From Felis catus (lineage: Eukaryota): a stretch of DNA of 64,000 nucleotides. Both the position numbers and the translations under genes were made by a program. The notes below the pieces were generated by a model. The model saw only the letters and a list, made by a program, of their open reading frames with translations. It ran no database searches and had not been told where the DNA came from. Below are positions 39,074 to 51,607 of the stretch, one piece after another (position 1 is the stretch's first letter; every line of letters starts with the position of its first letter). The DNA lies in contig NC_058373.1 in the NCBI RefSeq assembly GCF_018350175.1, positions 103,418,001 to 103,482,000 on the forward strand, written 5' to 3'.

Positions 39074-40460
39074 AGTCTTTTGAGTTTTCTATATATAGTA
39101 TCATGTCATCTGCAAATAGTGGAAGCTTTACTTCTTCTTTACCAGTTGGATGTCTTTTATTTCTTTTTGTTCTCTGACTGCTGTGGCTAGGACTTCCAGT
39201 ACTATGTTGAATAAAAGTGGTGAGAGTGGACATCCTTGTCTTCTTCCTGAACTTAGGGGAAAAGCTCTCAGTTTTCCCCATTGAAGATGATGTTCACCGT
39301 GGGTTTTTCATTTATGGCCTTTATTATGTTGAGGTATGTTCCCTCTAGACCTACTTTGTTGAGAGTTTTTATCATGAATGAATGTTGTACTTTGTCAAAT
39401 GTTTTTTCTGCATCTATTGAAATGATCATATGGTTCTTATTCTTTCTCTTATTGATGTGATGTATCACATTGATTGATTTGTGAATATTGAACCACTCTT
39501 ATATCCTGGGAATAAATCCCACTTGATCATGGTGAATAATTTTTTTAATGTATTGTTGGATTTGGTTTGCTAGTATTTTGTTGAGGATTTTTACATCTAT
39601 GTTCATCAAAGATATTGGTCTGTAGTTCTCTTTTTTGTACAGTCTTTATCTGGTTTTGTATCAGAGTAATGCTGGCCTCATAGAATGAATTTGGAAGTTT
39701 TCCTTCCTCCTCTATTTTCTGGAATAGTTTGAGAATATGTACTAACTCATCTTTAAATCTTTGGTAGAATTTGCCTATGAAGCCATCTGGTCCTGGACTT
39801 TTGTTTGTTGAGTTTTTTGATTACTGATTCAATTTCATTGCTGGTAATCAGTCTTCAAATTTTCTAATTCTTCATGCTTTAGTTTTGGTAGGTATATGTT
39901 TCTAGGAATTTATCCATTTCCAACCAAACTGGTTGTCCAATTTGTTGACATATAATTTTTCATAATATTCTCTTACAATTGTTTGTATTTCTGTGGTGTT
40001 GGTTGTTTTCTCCTCTTTTATCTGTGATTTTATTTATTTGAGTCCCCTTTTTTATGAGTCTGAATAGAGGTTTATCATTGTGGATCTTTTCAAAGAACTA
40101 CCTCCTGGTTTCACTGATCTGTTCTATTGTTTTTTTAGTTTCTATATCATTTATTTCTGCTCTAATCTTTATTATTTCCTTCCTTCTGCTAGCTTGGAGT
40201 TTTGTCTGTTGTTCTTTTTCTAGCTCCTGTAAGTGTCAGGATAGGTTATTTATTTGACATTTTTCTTGCTTCTTGAGATAGGCTCGTATTGCTAAAAACT
40301 TCCCTCTTAGAAACCACTTTTGTTACATCTTAAAGATTTTTTATCATTGTGTTTTCATTTTCACTTGTTTCCATGTAATTTTTTATTTATTCTTTGATTT
40401 CTTGGTTGACTCATTCATTGTTTAGTAGCATGTTATTTAACTTCCATATATTTGTGCTCT
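36693..40460 (-). mobile_element. Carnivore L1, ~3.8 kb, 5'-truncated, with disrupted ORF2 (RT and C-terminal parts)
   Basis: Minus ORFs give [34 protein letters not shown] (39102-39119), WKEIPCSW and [15 protein letters not shown], with many stops and frameshifts. 3'UTR at the left; microsatellites at ~37091-37330 and ~39034-39072. Confidence 0.96.
37627..37839 (-). mobile_element. Older Can-SINE inside the L1
   Basis: gaatcttaagcaggctcc...ctgagccacccaggtgcccc. Confidence 0.93.
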
Positions 40461-41971
40461 AGGACTGTGCATTTTTGACAAGGGCCCCTGTGATTCTTAC
40501 ACTTATCTAAATTTTTATGCTCAGAGTTTAAGAACTACTATCTCATAGTTTCTTTTTCTTTTCTTTTCCATTTCTATCTAGAATTACCTTTGTGTTAAAA
40601 AAAAACCTATAAAAAGAAATGTATTTTGGCCAGGTTCTAAAAGTGTTGATTATTTTGGTGACATATTGTCTTTAATTGGGCATCTGACCATGACTTAGCT
40701 TGGGTCTTGGTGACTCCAAATTAGATCCCAAGAGAGCCACACTAGCCACTCCCACAATGTCTGTTGGTAGTGGGCTATGTATACCAAATACTCTTTATTC
40801 TGTTCTTCAAAAGATATTTTAATGGGCCAAGAGAGGAAATAGTGTCACAAGACAAAACAAACTCCCTATATGCTAAGCGAGTCTCTGCTTTTAATATGCC
40901 TATGAAAATTTCCTCAGTGACTCCAATATTATTTTTTCTATGTATAGTCCTTAAACTAAAGATTAATGAACTTAATATATAGCAAATTCTTGATTCTTCA
41001 CTTTGCGAATTTTCTAAATTTTTTTTAGCCCAAGCTCGAAGTTTCTAGCGCTCAGAACCCTGCCAGACTGCTATCTCCCAATTAGTTAAAACTAAACATG
41101 ACCATGAAGGTACATCTGCTACATAAGTAAGGATTCCAGATTTTGCTGTAATTTTGGTTCAAATCTATTGTTTTCAATTAAGGGCTATTGATTGCAATCA
41201 TTGTTCATAAGTGTTGGATGAAAGATCTAGTTTTTTAATACATATTTCTGTCTTTGTTCCAATTTTAGTATGTGTGCAGCCAAAGCAAGCACATGTTTTT
41301 GTTGTTATTCTCCCTCTTTCATAAAGATAATAGTTTATGATGATTAGAAAATGGTTCTTATCCAGAAATTATTTAAGCTACATAAAAGGTTCCTGCTTTT
41401 ATGAAGGACTACTCAAATTTCACCCACACAAAAGGCAGTCCTTGAACAGGTCAAAGAACAGGTCAAAGTCTGACTTAAATCTCCCACACTATCAGCTGGG
41501 AAGACATAGCACATTGGCCAGCACCTCTCTTGATCTCTTTGTTTCCATTCCAGATTCATCCCTGGATGACCTGATATTTGTCAAAGCTTCAGACTGGAAG
41601 ACACTCCAACCTTATATTCTCCTGCCCCCACCCGAACTCCACCTCCCCAACTCTCCGAGCTAGATCCATCTGCCTCAAAGCAAGACACCAACGCCAAGCC
41701 TGCTGACAGCTGACCTTCCCATCTCAGTGCTGTAACCCAGATTCCTTCCTCCCTCCCCCTACTGCCCTGGCTCTGACTTAACCCTGTAGACTCCAGCGGG
41801 ACTTAATGTACGTTTCTCTTTGACCATCTCACTCTGTGTATTAGTACCTTATGGTGAAGCCTGATTCTTCTAGCATACCTGAAGTATGTGTCTTTTTCTT
41901 AATCCTCATATTTAAACAGTTCTTTTCAGCTGAGATCAAATATTTTTGAGAATGAGCTGGTCTCTAGTGAC

Positions 41972-42072
41972 TAGAGTGACCATATAATTCATCATTCAAT
42001 TCTGAACACTACTGAAAGTGAAAGCAGGCACTAAATGGATATAAGATTCAAGTAGGATGTGCAGTCACTTTA
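41972..42072. mobile_element. hAT-Blackjack MER94-like element
   Basis: tagagtgaccatataattcatc...gaaagtgaaag...gtcacttta, with imperfect TIRs. Confidence 0.65.
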
Positions 42073-43447
42073 CTCATGAGCAAGCAATAGTCTCCTGCAG
42101 AGGTCCTGGAATCATGTCATTTGAACCTGCCATTGGGGAGAGAGGTCAGTCAGAGTGGAGTAGAGTAAGAAAAGTGGAGAGGTGGGAAGAAAAAGAGAAA
42201 GAAGAGGGACAGTAGGGGGAGACTGGAGAAGGGCTGAACTCATTTCAGTGTGACAGAGTGAGAATCTCTAAAGTACACTAACTGGGCCCTCGTAAAGGAG
42301 AATGAATAAGACAAGAGAATGAGCCAAAGTATCTATGGTAAGATCACCAGAGCTGACCCCACTGTTAATCCAGCTGGGAAGTCCTTACACCATGTTGTTT
42401 TATTTCTTCCCACCATGCATTATGGGTTGTGACTGATCTTAGTAAAGACTCGGCTGAAGCAGCAGAGTATACATGTGGCTAGAATATATAGCTATATAGT
42501 TTTTCACCTCTCCTTTAACTTTGTATTCCCTCTCCCACTGCCTCAGGGAAGGGATGACTCCACATAAAATAAGTAACACAAAAGGAATCAGTTATTAGCT
42601 TTTTAGTTTTTAACATCTTGGCTGGAATGTGTACAATGTGGGAGATGTGGGAGTAGCAATGAGTAATAACAAAGAAGTTTTCCCAATCCATGCTGCTGCC
42701 CCCTGTCCTCCGGGCTAAAGTGCTCCACACTCCCTTCCACCAACTGGGAAAACAGAGGAAGACTGGAGAAGAGCAGAGAGCTTAGGTGTGTTGACAAGTC
42801 CTTGATGAAAAAGGTCTGCACCTTTTTCTAGATGAAAAAGATCATTTCCTGGGGTGAACCAATGAGAATGTTCCATGACAGAAACTCCAGATGGATCTGG
42901 GAATGGGATTCCAGAGGAAACCTATGTTTTCTTTTCCAGGTAGACTCTAAGAAGGAGGCAAGACCCCTGAAGTCTGGCTGTCCACTCCGTCTTGGCAGAT
43001 GAATTTGAAAAGGCCTCAGAGTAAACCTGTAAATAGTAAGGGCAGTGGAGGAGAGTGCTGGGGAAGTGGAATGATTCTTTTGTGCTCAAGAGTGCTACCG
43101 GAGTGACAAATAGCTGTGGATGGCCCCACCAAGTTTTCTATAGTCCCAGAGTGGCATGGAAGCATCAGGATTATCCTGTGTGCCCAAGAGGGTCCTGAGA
43201 GTTAGCTGGCCCAGTGCCAGACCCAAAGTTACTGTCATAGGGACCAGCAAGTGTCCACATCCCATTTAAGCAGTTGTGCTATTGAAGAGTAATGTCAACT
43301 CAAGTGAGATGCTCCCCACACCTGTAACCTTCATTCGTGGGCATTATGTAAGCCTCAAAGTTAGAGGTAATCACAGACAAAGGACAAGAACCCTGAAATA
43401 ATGGAAATTATTCCTGTTGCTTGGAAGAAAGCAGTCCATTACAAGTA

Positions 43448-44000
43448 CAGTTGACCCTTGAACAACACAGGGGCTAAGGGTACCAACACCTACACTGTAG
43501 AGAATCTGCATATAACTTTTGACTCTCCAAAAACTTCACTATTTTTTTAATGTTTATTTATTTTTGAGAGAGAGAAAGAGTGAGAGAGAGTGGGGGGAGG
43601 GGCAGAGAGCAGAGAGACACAGAATCTGAAGCAGGCTCCAGGCTCTGAGCTGTCAGCACAAAGCCCGACGCGGGGCTTGAACTCGGGCATGGTGAGATCA
43701 TAACCTGAGCTGAAGTCAGACACTTAACCAACTGAGCCACCCAGGTGCCCCAAAACTTCACTATTAATAGTCTACTGTTGATCAGAAGCTTCACTGATAA
43801 CATAAAGCCAATTAACGTATACAGTATGTTATATGTATTAACACTATATTCTAACAATAAACTATGCTAGAAAAAAGAAAATGTTATTGAGAAAATCATA
43901 AGAGAAAAATGCATTTACAGTTCTGTACTCTGTTTATTGAACAAAGTCTGCATGTAAGTGGACCAATGCAGCTCAAACTGTGTTGTTGAAGAGTCAACTG
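43448..44000. mobile_element. TcMar-Tigger non-autonomous element (Tigger2a-like) containing a SINE
   Basis: TIRs cagttgacccttgaacaaca / tgttgttgaagagtcaactg, flanked by TA dinucleotides. Confidence 0.92.
43542..43751 (-). mobile_element. Can-SINE
   Basis: Perfect TSD aaaacttcactatt at 43530-43543 and 43752-43765. Confidence 0.97.
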
Positions 44001-45745
44001 TATTAACTTAATAGAAAAATAAATTTACCTTGTTTACAACTGGGTTTGTGAACTGAGATTCATTTGTACTATATCGAGAAACATGCATGCCTGCAACCTT
44101 TTCCATACCCTTCCTCCTCCAATTCCAGGCAAGATGCCTCATCAGGGCAGCAGGTGCCCCTTGTTTTCCTTAATGGTTTTCAATATTGCACCAGCTCTGT
44201 GAATTAGTTGCCTTGTGTTGATTTTATAGTCACGACTGCCATGAAGAATTTCTCTCTCAAGTCTTTCATTGTTTGTGTGTTTTATGCACCATTTCCCTCC
44301 AGAAAACAGCCATCTGCTCTGAAGTCAGTATAATTGTATCACCTCTATGTTCCTTTCATTTGGGACTTGACCTTAGATCATATGGACTTCTAATATCTAC
44401 ACGAAGCTAAAGAAAATGTTCTTATCTAATGAGTCATAACCCAACACATTGGAGCAAACTGCTTTAAATAAAATTGCCTGGGGTGAAGGGTGGGGGACCT
44501 ATACCTTTTTTTTTTTTTTTTTTTTGGTAACATAGCTGGAATATGCAAAAAAAAAACCAAAACAAAACAAAACAAAAGAATAGAAAGAGAAGGCTCTACT
44601 GCCCTTCAAGAGAGTTCTTCTGTCTTTGATGATCCCAGAAATCTGAACTCAGACATAGAACTAACCTCATTCAGGGTAGGTTTGATATATTAATATTAAT
44701 TTAGCTTCCTAATTATGTAGCAGGTAAAAATTTTTAAATCCAAGTTACCAAGTATGCTAAGACATAAATCACTTTATTTTTCTCTAACTTTACAAACTTA
44801 GTGTATTTCAGTCCCTGCCACCTCCCCCTTCCTCCATGGGCATTCTAAATTGAGGAGGGCTAAGACTTCTAGCAAAGGGAAGGGGTGGCTGGCCTTCAGT
44901 GTGGTTTGGTGTTCACTGAGATGTAACTTGTGCCATCTGGTCATTGGACATTGTACCATATGGCCGCTGGTCATAGCCCCAGTGTCTTCAGTCCCTCTCT
45001 GGCATCAGGTTATCAACCCCATACACTTTGCGTACCCCTCATCCCAAATGATAGCTCCTTCAGATCCAATGACCCTCCTCTCTATCACCCCTTTGACATT
45101 CCCAGGAACAAAGCAAACTTCCTCCTGTGTGTGCAGGAGAGTCTGAGGACTGTAAAGGTCCTCTTTTGTTTCCATCCTTCCGTGTTGCCCTGTGCCATGC
45201 TGCCTGGACTGTCTTTCAGTACCATATTCTTAAAAATCTATTGTCTATGCTAGGACCTCAGCTCAGAGTAATGAAGAAACCTCTTCCCTCAAAGCTATGG
45301 ACTCTGCTAAGGTTTAGAACATGTATTTAAACCTACAAAAGCAGAAAGTCGACTTCTTTGTTCTTTCCCATCTGTTCCCTTCTCTGGGGCCAATGAGTGG
45401 CACTCCTCATCCAAAATAAAGGAGCTCCTGATCTAAAATGAACACAGCTGACTTAGGGAGCAGGGGAGAGGGGAAGTCATTGCAACAAGGAACAGGATGA
45501 GGGAACCTTGGTGAGTCTGACAAAATGTTATCCCACCCCACCTCTTGGGTTTGATCCTTCATTATGCTTCTCTTGAATTACCTCCTGTGCCCCCCCCCCC
45601 AGTCCCCATATTGCTGAGGCCTACTCTCTTCACAGGACTTACTTCTGTACTCTTGTTCCTTTGGCATTGTCCTCGCTCTGCATCTCTTAGACCTGCCCTT
45701 CCCCTATAGACCTGCCTCTCCTACTGGTGCTGTGCTAGCCGGCAG

Positions 45746-45759
45746 GTGCCGCCTGGTGG
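45746..45759 (-). promoter_or_regulatory. Candidate CTCF site CCACCAGGCGGCAC
   Basis: One mismatch to the core consensus CCASYAGRKGGCRS; non-repeat context. Confidence 0.45.
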
Positions 45760-46358
45760 AAAAAGAGTCAATAGCTGCTATCTTTGCAGCCTTCCTTCCT
45801 CTCTCACATCTCTTTCCTTTTTTTTCCCCTCTTCCTCCCTTCTAGACTCAAGGTGCCAGCTGTCACAGAGGTATCTGCTACCAGAAGAGAGGCTGGCAAA
45901 TCTGGCAGGAGCCTGGGAACGGAGGCTGCAGAGGCTGCGAGCCTTCATGCTGTCTCCTTGATGAATACCACAGACCCTATTTTCTGTAGGGTGATTGCTT
46001 TATTGACTATTATCAATTCTCTACATTTTAGGAGGATGAAATTTGATTTTATGCGCTTGAAGCATAGGTTTTAATCATGTAATAGCACAACTCTAAAGAG
46101 GAAACACAATTATCACAGAGTTCACTTCTATCAAGGCCTTTAGGAATGTTCTCACTCAAAAAGGGAAGGTATTCCTTTCATGCTTTCAAAGGCTTCATAT
46201 AGCCCTAAGAGGTACCTTCCAAATGGACTTTTCAAGACAGCTCTTGTCTTCTCTATAAGGAAAATCCCTTTATTATGAAACTCCTTCAACATTGAGTGTA
46301 GATCTGACCAGTATTCATCTTAAGAACAGACTTAATCTGTGGGCTCAGAAATTGTGTA

Positions 46359-46389
<31 letters not shown>

Positions 46390-46524
46390 TTTATGCTCTT
46401 ACTGTCGTGCTTTCAAACACTTGTACTGCCTCACACATCAGGCTGGAATGATTTGTCGGGGAGTAAAATAATTTCAACTGAAAAATTGTATGACTTCGAA
46501 GACATTTACATATACTGGCACTTT

Positions 46525-46910
46525 TTTTCATTTATCCAACATCTCAGAGTGAATTACAAATAGTTCCTACAACCAACTGAGTTCTGAGTTGAGCATCTCT
46601 CCTATGTGAGTGGAACTGTGTTAAGCACTGGGAAGAGATAAAGACGACTAAGGCCATTCCTGTCAGCAAACAGTAATTAAGTTGGTGAAACCAGCATTCA
46701 AACAGAGCACCAGCATACATAGCAGAATGAAATGCATGTAGAGGGAAGTTACAAACCAATCTGGGCCAGGGATACACAGAGAAAGAAGGATCAATTCTGG
46801 GAGGGGGGTCAGGAAGGACTTTCTGGAGAAGGAGGCCTTGAGAGGTAAGGAGGATTTAAGTTGGCAGAGAACAGGAGAAAGACCCTCCAGCATGGGGGAA
46901 TAGCAGAGAG
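46525..46910 (-). mobile_element. L2 3' fragment
   Basis: ttcatttatccaaca...aactgtgttaagcactggg...ggtcaggaaggactttctggagaagg. Confidence 0.7.
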
Positions 46911-47249
46911 AAGTCCCTAATGTAGACTTTTATACCTTTGTTTCATTGACTCAACTTCCTGCTTCTAGAAAGTTCTATTTTTAAATCTTCCTGTTTACCT
47001 CCCCCAGACACGTTTTTAAACATATTTCACTTCTACTCAAAACCTGTGCATAGTGTCCCATGTCCCATTGCTGGCTGCATGAATTCCAAACTTTTCTTTG
47101 GACATTCAAGGCTTTTCTCATCCTGATCCCAGCCTCTCTCCTTGGTCACTAACTGACCTCCTGCATCAGATGTCACGAGGTGAAAGACTATGGGCCAAAT
47201 GTGCCCCCACAGTGTTCTTCAGATGTTTGAATTCATTTTCTATATTTTA

Positions 47250-48505
47250 ACGCCAAGATATGTATTCTCAGATAAAAAGAACCAGGGCTCCTTGCAGAAG
47301 TGATTGATTCCAGAGCTGGGGCAAGGAAAATACAACAGGAGCCTGGAGCACCAGTACCAGAAAATAAAGAAGTGCTCAAAAAGGGATGGGGGCAAGTCAA
47401 ATGCACATAACGGCCAAGCTGAAGGAACTCCCAATGGTCAAATCCAAACAATTTGAGCAACAAAATAATAATGATAGTATTGGATTATAACTTATAAAAT
47501 AAATACCCATATGATAGAATAAATACGTAAATGGGGGAAAAGGGACAGCTTTTCCTTATGGAAGAATTCTAACTAATAAAAGCAGAATGAATGAGGGGAA
47601 CACAAAGTCACCATTAGGCCAATATCACAGTGATAATTATTGTAGGCATGTTCCCTTCATGGATGTAAAATCAGTGGACAAAAGTTTAAGAAGAAACAGG
47701 ACATTTACGTAGCCTCAAAGTATTTCCCCAAAATATTTATCACATACAGAGGGAAAAAAATGGTACATTTACAGTAGAAAAATACAGCAGCCACCACCTT
47801 AACCAAGCAATGTAAGTGGAGATCACCAGTAATACGAATATCGACATCATGTACCCCTAACGTGACGCACAGGGGTGAAGAACACAACACCACTTGTATG
47901 ATACTCGAGCCAAAAATGCATAATCTCAACTTAACCATAAGGAAACATCAAACACAAATTGAGAGACGCTGTATGGAATAATATATCGGTAATCATCCCG
48001 ACTGTCAAGACCGGGAAAGATAAGCAAAGACTGAGCAATGGCTGCAGAGTAGAGGAAGCTAAAGAAACATAACCACTAAAAGCATTGTGGGATCCCAGAC
48101 TGGATCCTGGAACAGAAAAAGCACATTAGGAGAAAAACAGCTGAACGTTGAATAAGCACTACTGTTTAATTAATACCCTAGAAGTCATAAATATCAAGGA
48201 AAGCTGGGTGAAGGGTACATATAAACTCTTTACTATGTTTACAGCTTTTCTGCAAGTGTAAAATTATTTATTTTTTAAGTTTGTTTATTTATTTTGAGAG
48301 AGAACAAGTGAGCACCAGCAGATGAGGGGCAGAGAGAGGGACAGGAGAGAGTAAGAATCCCAAGCAGGCTGTATACTGTCAGCACAGAGCCCCACAGTTG
48401 GTGAGATCATGACCTGAGCTGAAATCAAGAGTCAGATGCTTAATTGGCTGAGCCACCTAGGCGCCCCAGTCTACAGTTATTTTTAAGTAAAAAATTTAAA
48501 AAAAA
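47250..48505 (+). mobile_element. Old L1 3'UTR (L1MC-like)
   Basis: gaaggaactcccaatggtcaaa...caccaccttaaccaag...tggatcctggaacagaaaaa...ggaaagctgggtgaagggtaca. Confidence 0.85.
48264..48467 (-). mobile_element. Can-SINE
   Basis: Reverse SINE; degenerate TSD agt.ta.a.ttattt. Confidence 0.93.
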
Positions 48506-48711
48506 AAATTTGTTCACACACACACGCACACACATCTGGATTTCCTGTTACCTGAGAGTACATGTGTTTGGCAGGTGGAGGTGGGCAGGTCGGAACACAT
48601 GATCTTATGCAATAGCCAAGTTTACATGTGTCTTATCACCATCATTCGACTATTAATTCCTTGGGAGTAGAGAGACTTGAGGGTCATAGGAAAGAACACT
48701 AAATTGTAAAT

Positions 48712-48909
48712 TAAAAAAAAAAAAAAAAACCTTCTAATGTTTATTTATCTGTGAGAGACAGAGATAGAGCCTGAGCGGGGGAGGGGCAGACAGAGAGAGA
48801 GAGAGAGAGAGACAAGAATCCGAAGCAGGCTCCAGGCTCTGAGTTGTCAGCACAGAGCCTGACGTGGGGCTCGAACTCACAAACCATGAGATCACGACCC
48901 AGGCGCCCC
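48712..48909 (-). mobile_element. Can-SINE with an internal deletion near the head
   Basis: gagatcacgacc joins directly to caggcgcccc; cactaaatt..aaat at both flanks. Confidence 0.93.
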
Positions 48910-48997
48910 ACTAAATTTCAAATGTAAAGACCTCACTTCTACTGGAGTCTCTGCCCTTTACTAACGGTTACGACATAAGTAGTTAAAATGATCCAAT

Positions 48998-49217
48998 GGG
49001 GCGCCTGGGTGGCGCAGTCGGTTAAACGTCCGACTTCAGCCAGGTCACGATCTCACGGTCCGTGAGTTCGAGCCCCGCGTCAGGCTCTGGGCTGATGGCT
49101 CAGAGCCTGGAGCCTGTTTCTGATTCTGTGTCTCCCTCTCTCTCTGCCCCTCCCCCGTTCATGCTCTGTCTCTCTCTGTCCCAAAAATAAAAATAAACGT
49201 TGAAAAAAAAAATTTTT
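48998..49217 (+). mobile_element. Young felid Can-SINE
   Basis: A box TGGCGCAGTCGG at 49010-49021, B box GTTCGAGCC at 49066-49074; TSD aaatgatcca. Confidence 0.97.
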
Positions 49218-49725
49218 AAATGATCCACTTACAAGCTGTGTGGACTTGAGCAAGTTACTCAATATGTTTGTGCCTCAGTTCCCTCATTTACAAACCTCTA
49301 CTGACCACACAGAGCACTGAGAGCAGTGCTGATGACAGCCACTATGATCACAGATGCTGACCAACCGGAAGGGATGCTGGACCAATGGGAACAGACGCTG
49401 GCTATGAAAAATCTATGAGTGCAAAGCAGGGGTGCTGGCTGATGATGGAGGTGGGCTGGCTGTTGCGAGGAATATGTGAGCTACTCTTTGTAAACTGTCA
49501 GGCACAGTGCCTCACACAGAGTAAGCAATTAATAAGGGTTAGTTACTAGAACCACGTCCCAGGCACTGGCATGTTTTTCTATCTTGTTTAATTCTTAGGA
49601 CAATTCTGTGATACAGATACTATTCTTCCTGTATTTAACAACTGAGGAAGATGAAGTTGAGAGAGGTTAAGACACATACAACAACGGGGATCAAATCTGA
49701 AATCTGAAACCCCACGTACTGTGTT

Positions 49726-49938
49726 CAGTCCTAGCTACATACAGTTGGCAGGGCCAAGTGCAAAATGAAAATGTGGCTCTTTGTTCAAAAATTATTAGGA
49801 ATTTCAAGACAATGACAGCAGAACATAGTAAACTAAGTGTGGGGCCCTTCCGAGTGTGGGGTCCTTCCAAGTGTGGGGTCCTCCTGAGCATGGGGTGCTA
49901 TGTGACTGCACAAGTCGTACTCCTGGAAGCTGGCCTTG
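49726..49938. mobile_element. hAT-Tip100 MER45A-like element
   Basis: gctacata...gtgcaaaatgaaaatgtgg...ttgttcaaaaattattaggaatttcaagac; 8-bp near-TSD actgtgtt/attgtgct. Confidence 0.85.
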
Positions 49939-51607
49939 ATTGTGCTGTTTCCAAAACACCAGAGTGAGCTGGAAAGAGAACCCGTGTGAAGGAAAACCTG
50001 AGCATTAGCCTCAGGAATGAAGGAGTAAATATGAGACAAATATACACCCCTTTGGTGCTTCATAAATGCCATTGTAATGTGCTAACAGCTTCTAATGAGC
50101 ACAGAGGTCATTAGTAACACAGAGACTTCAAGAAGCAGAGAAACGAAGAGCCCACCCAGGCATAATCTGCTGGAATATGGAATGCCAATGGACTTTCCAC
50201 CACAACGTGAGTTTATTGAATTGTTCTGGTTTTTCCATATTCCAGAGAGTCTAATTATGGTCTGGGTTAAAGATCGCTAAAGACCTTTATATATCACACT
50301 TATTTAAGTTTGGACTCAGCCACTTTTTGAATTTGTGAGTTTTAACACGGACAAATGTATCCCAATTACTGACCGCATTAGCTAATACTTCGGAAAAACG
50401 CGCTCAGCAAGGAAGCTTCATTTTAACTTTGCTCAAGGAAGAAGAAAGAGAAAGTAAGCGGGGAAAAGGATCTCTGTTGTGTCTTGAAGTCTTAGTTCCC
50501 TCTCCCCTGCGCTCTTCCTCTGAGCTTGCTGAAGAACAGCCTCCCTGTGTCGTAGAGAGAGACCTGGCTAAGGAGGACATGCTTTTCTGTCAGATACTCG
50601 GATGCTGGATCCACTTTCCTGGTGTATTAGCATTTATCTGAAGATGCTCAAACACTTCAAAAATAACATTTTCATTTAACAGATGGGAATGCTGAGGTAC
50701 TCTGGTTACGTTCTTTGTTTACCATGTAGCATCAGCTTTAAGCACTATTTCGTTTCTCTTCAGACTAAATTTTGATCAGTTCTATGATGAAGATGAATCA
50801 ATAGATCAACAAGCATTTGACACCTACTAATTTTGCCTGTACCAAGGATTCCAGAAGGACCTACTTACTATCGGAAACAAGGGATTTCAAGCCTTCCTGA
50901 AGTGAGAACCCTCATGCCCTAGGGATAATGTGATGGTGAAGTCCCTGACATGTTGATTAAGCTGGAGGCCTTCCCAACCCCGTGGAATGCTAAAGAATAC
51001 TAAAGAACTCAACCTCCGGTAGAAGGTCATTGAAGATGTGGGGTGGGGGATGGTGAGAAATGGAGACTTTGCTACCAGACAGTTATCCATAGGACATCTG
51101 GCTGAAGCTCTCAGAAACTTGAAGTTTTCTATCAAAGAAATACTAACCCCAAAGAGCCAGACAGGCCACACCTTGTGTAAGCCAACACTGAGTGTAGACT
51201 AACGGAGATGTCACACTAGATTGGGCCATGTCCTTGCCATCCTGAATTTAAAAAAAAGAATTCTATCCCAGGAAAGTGGGTAAACTCAGTGGTGGGGGAG
51301 TTGCAATAGAGTGGAGCAGGGCCTGTTGAGAAGGGGTCACATGGGCTAACAGGATAGTGTAGATCCCTCAGTCCTGAAGAAGGATGTTCTGCAGGACTTC
51401 TGCCCTTTTCTGTACACATAAAGACTTTCAGAGAGCACAACATTGTGGGGATGAAATATAAGGTGGAATCTGATCATTGTACACACAGATATCTCTCCTG
51501 CCTGCTTCCTTTCAGTAACAGAACTAGGAATATGGCAGTCCCCTTGGAGACTACCTTTCCCATCCTCAGGGGTTTTTTTTTTTTTTCTTCATCCTATGAT
51601 AGAGTTT

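Noticed and set aside
47700..48015. About ten CpGs in ~310 bp
   Set aside because: It lies within an old L1MC-like 3'UTR; local GC-biased substitution is a simpler explanation than function.
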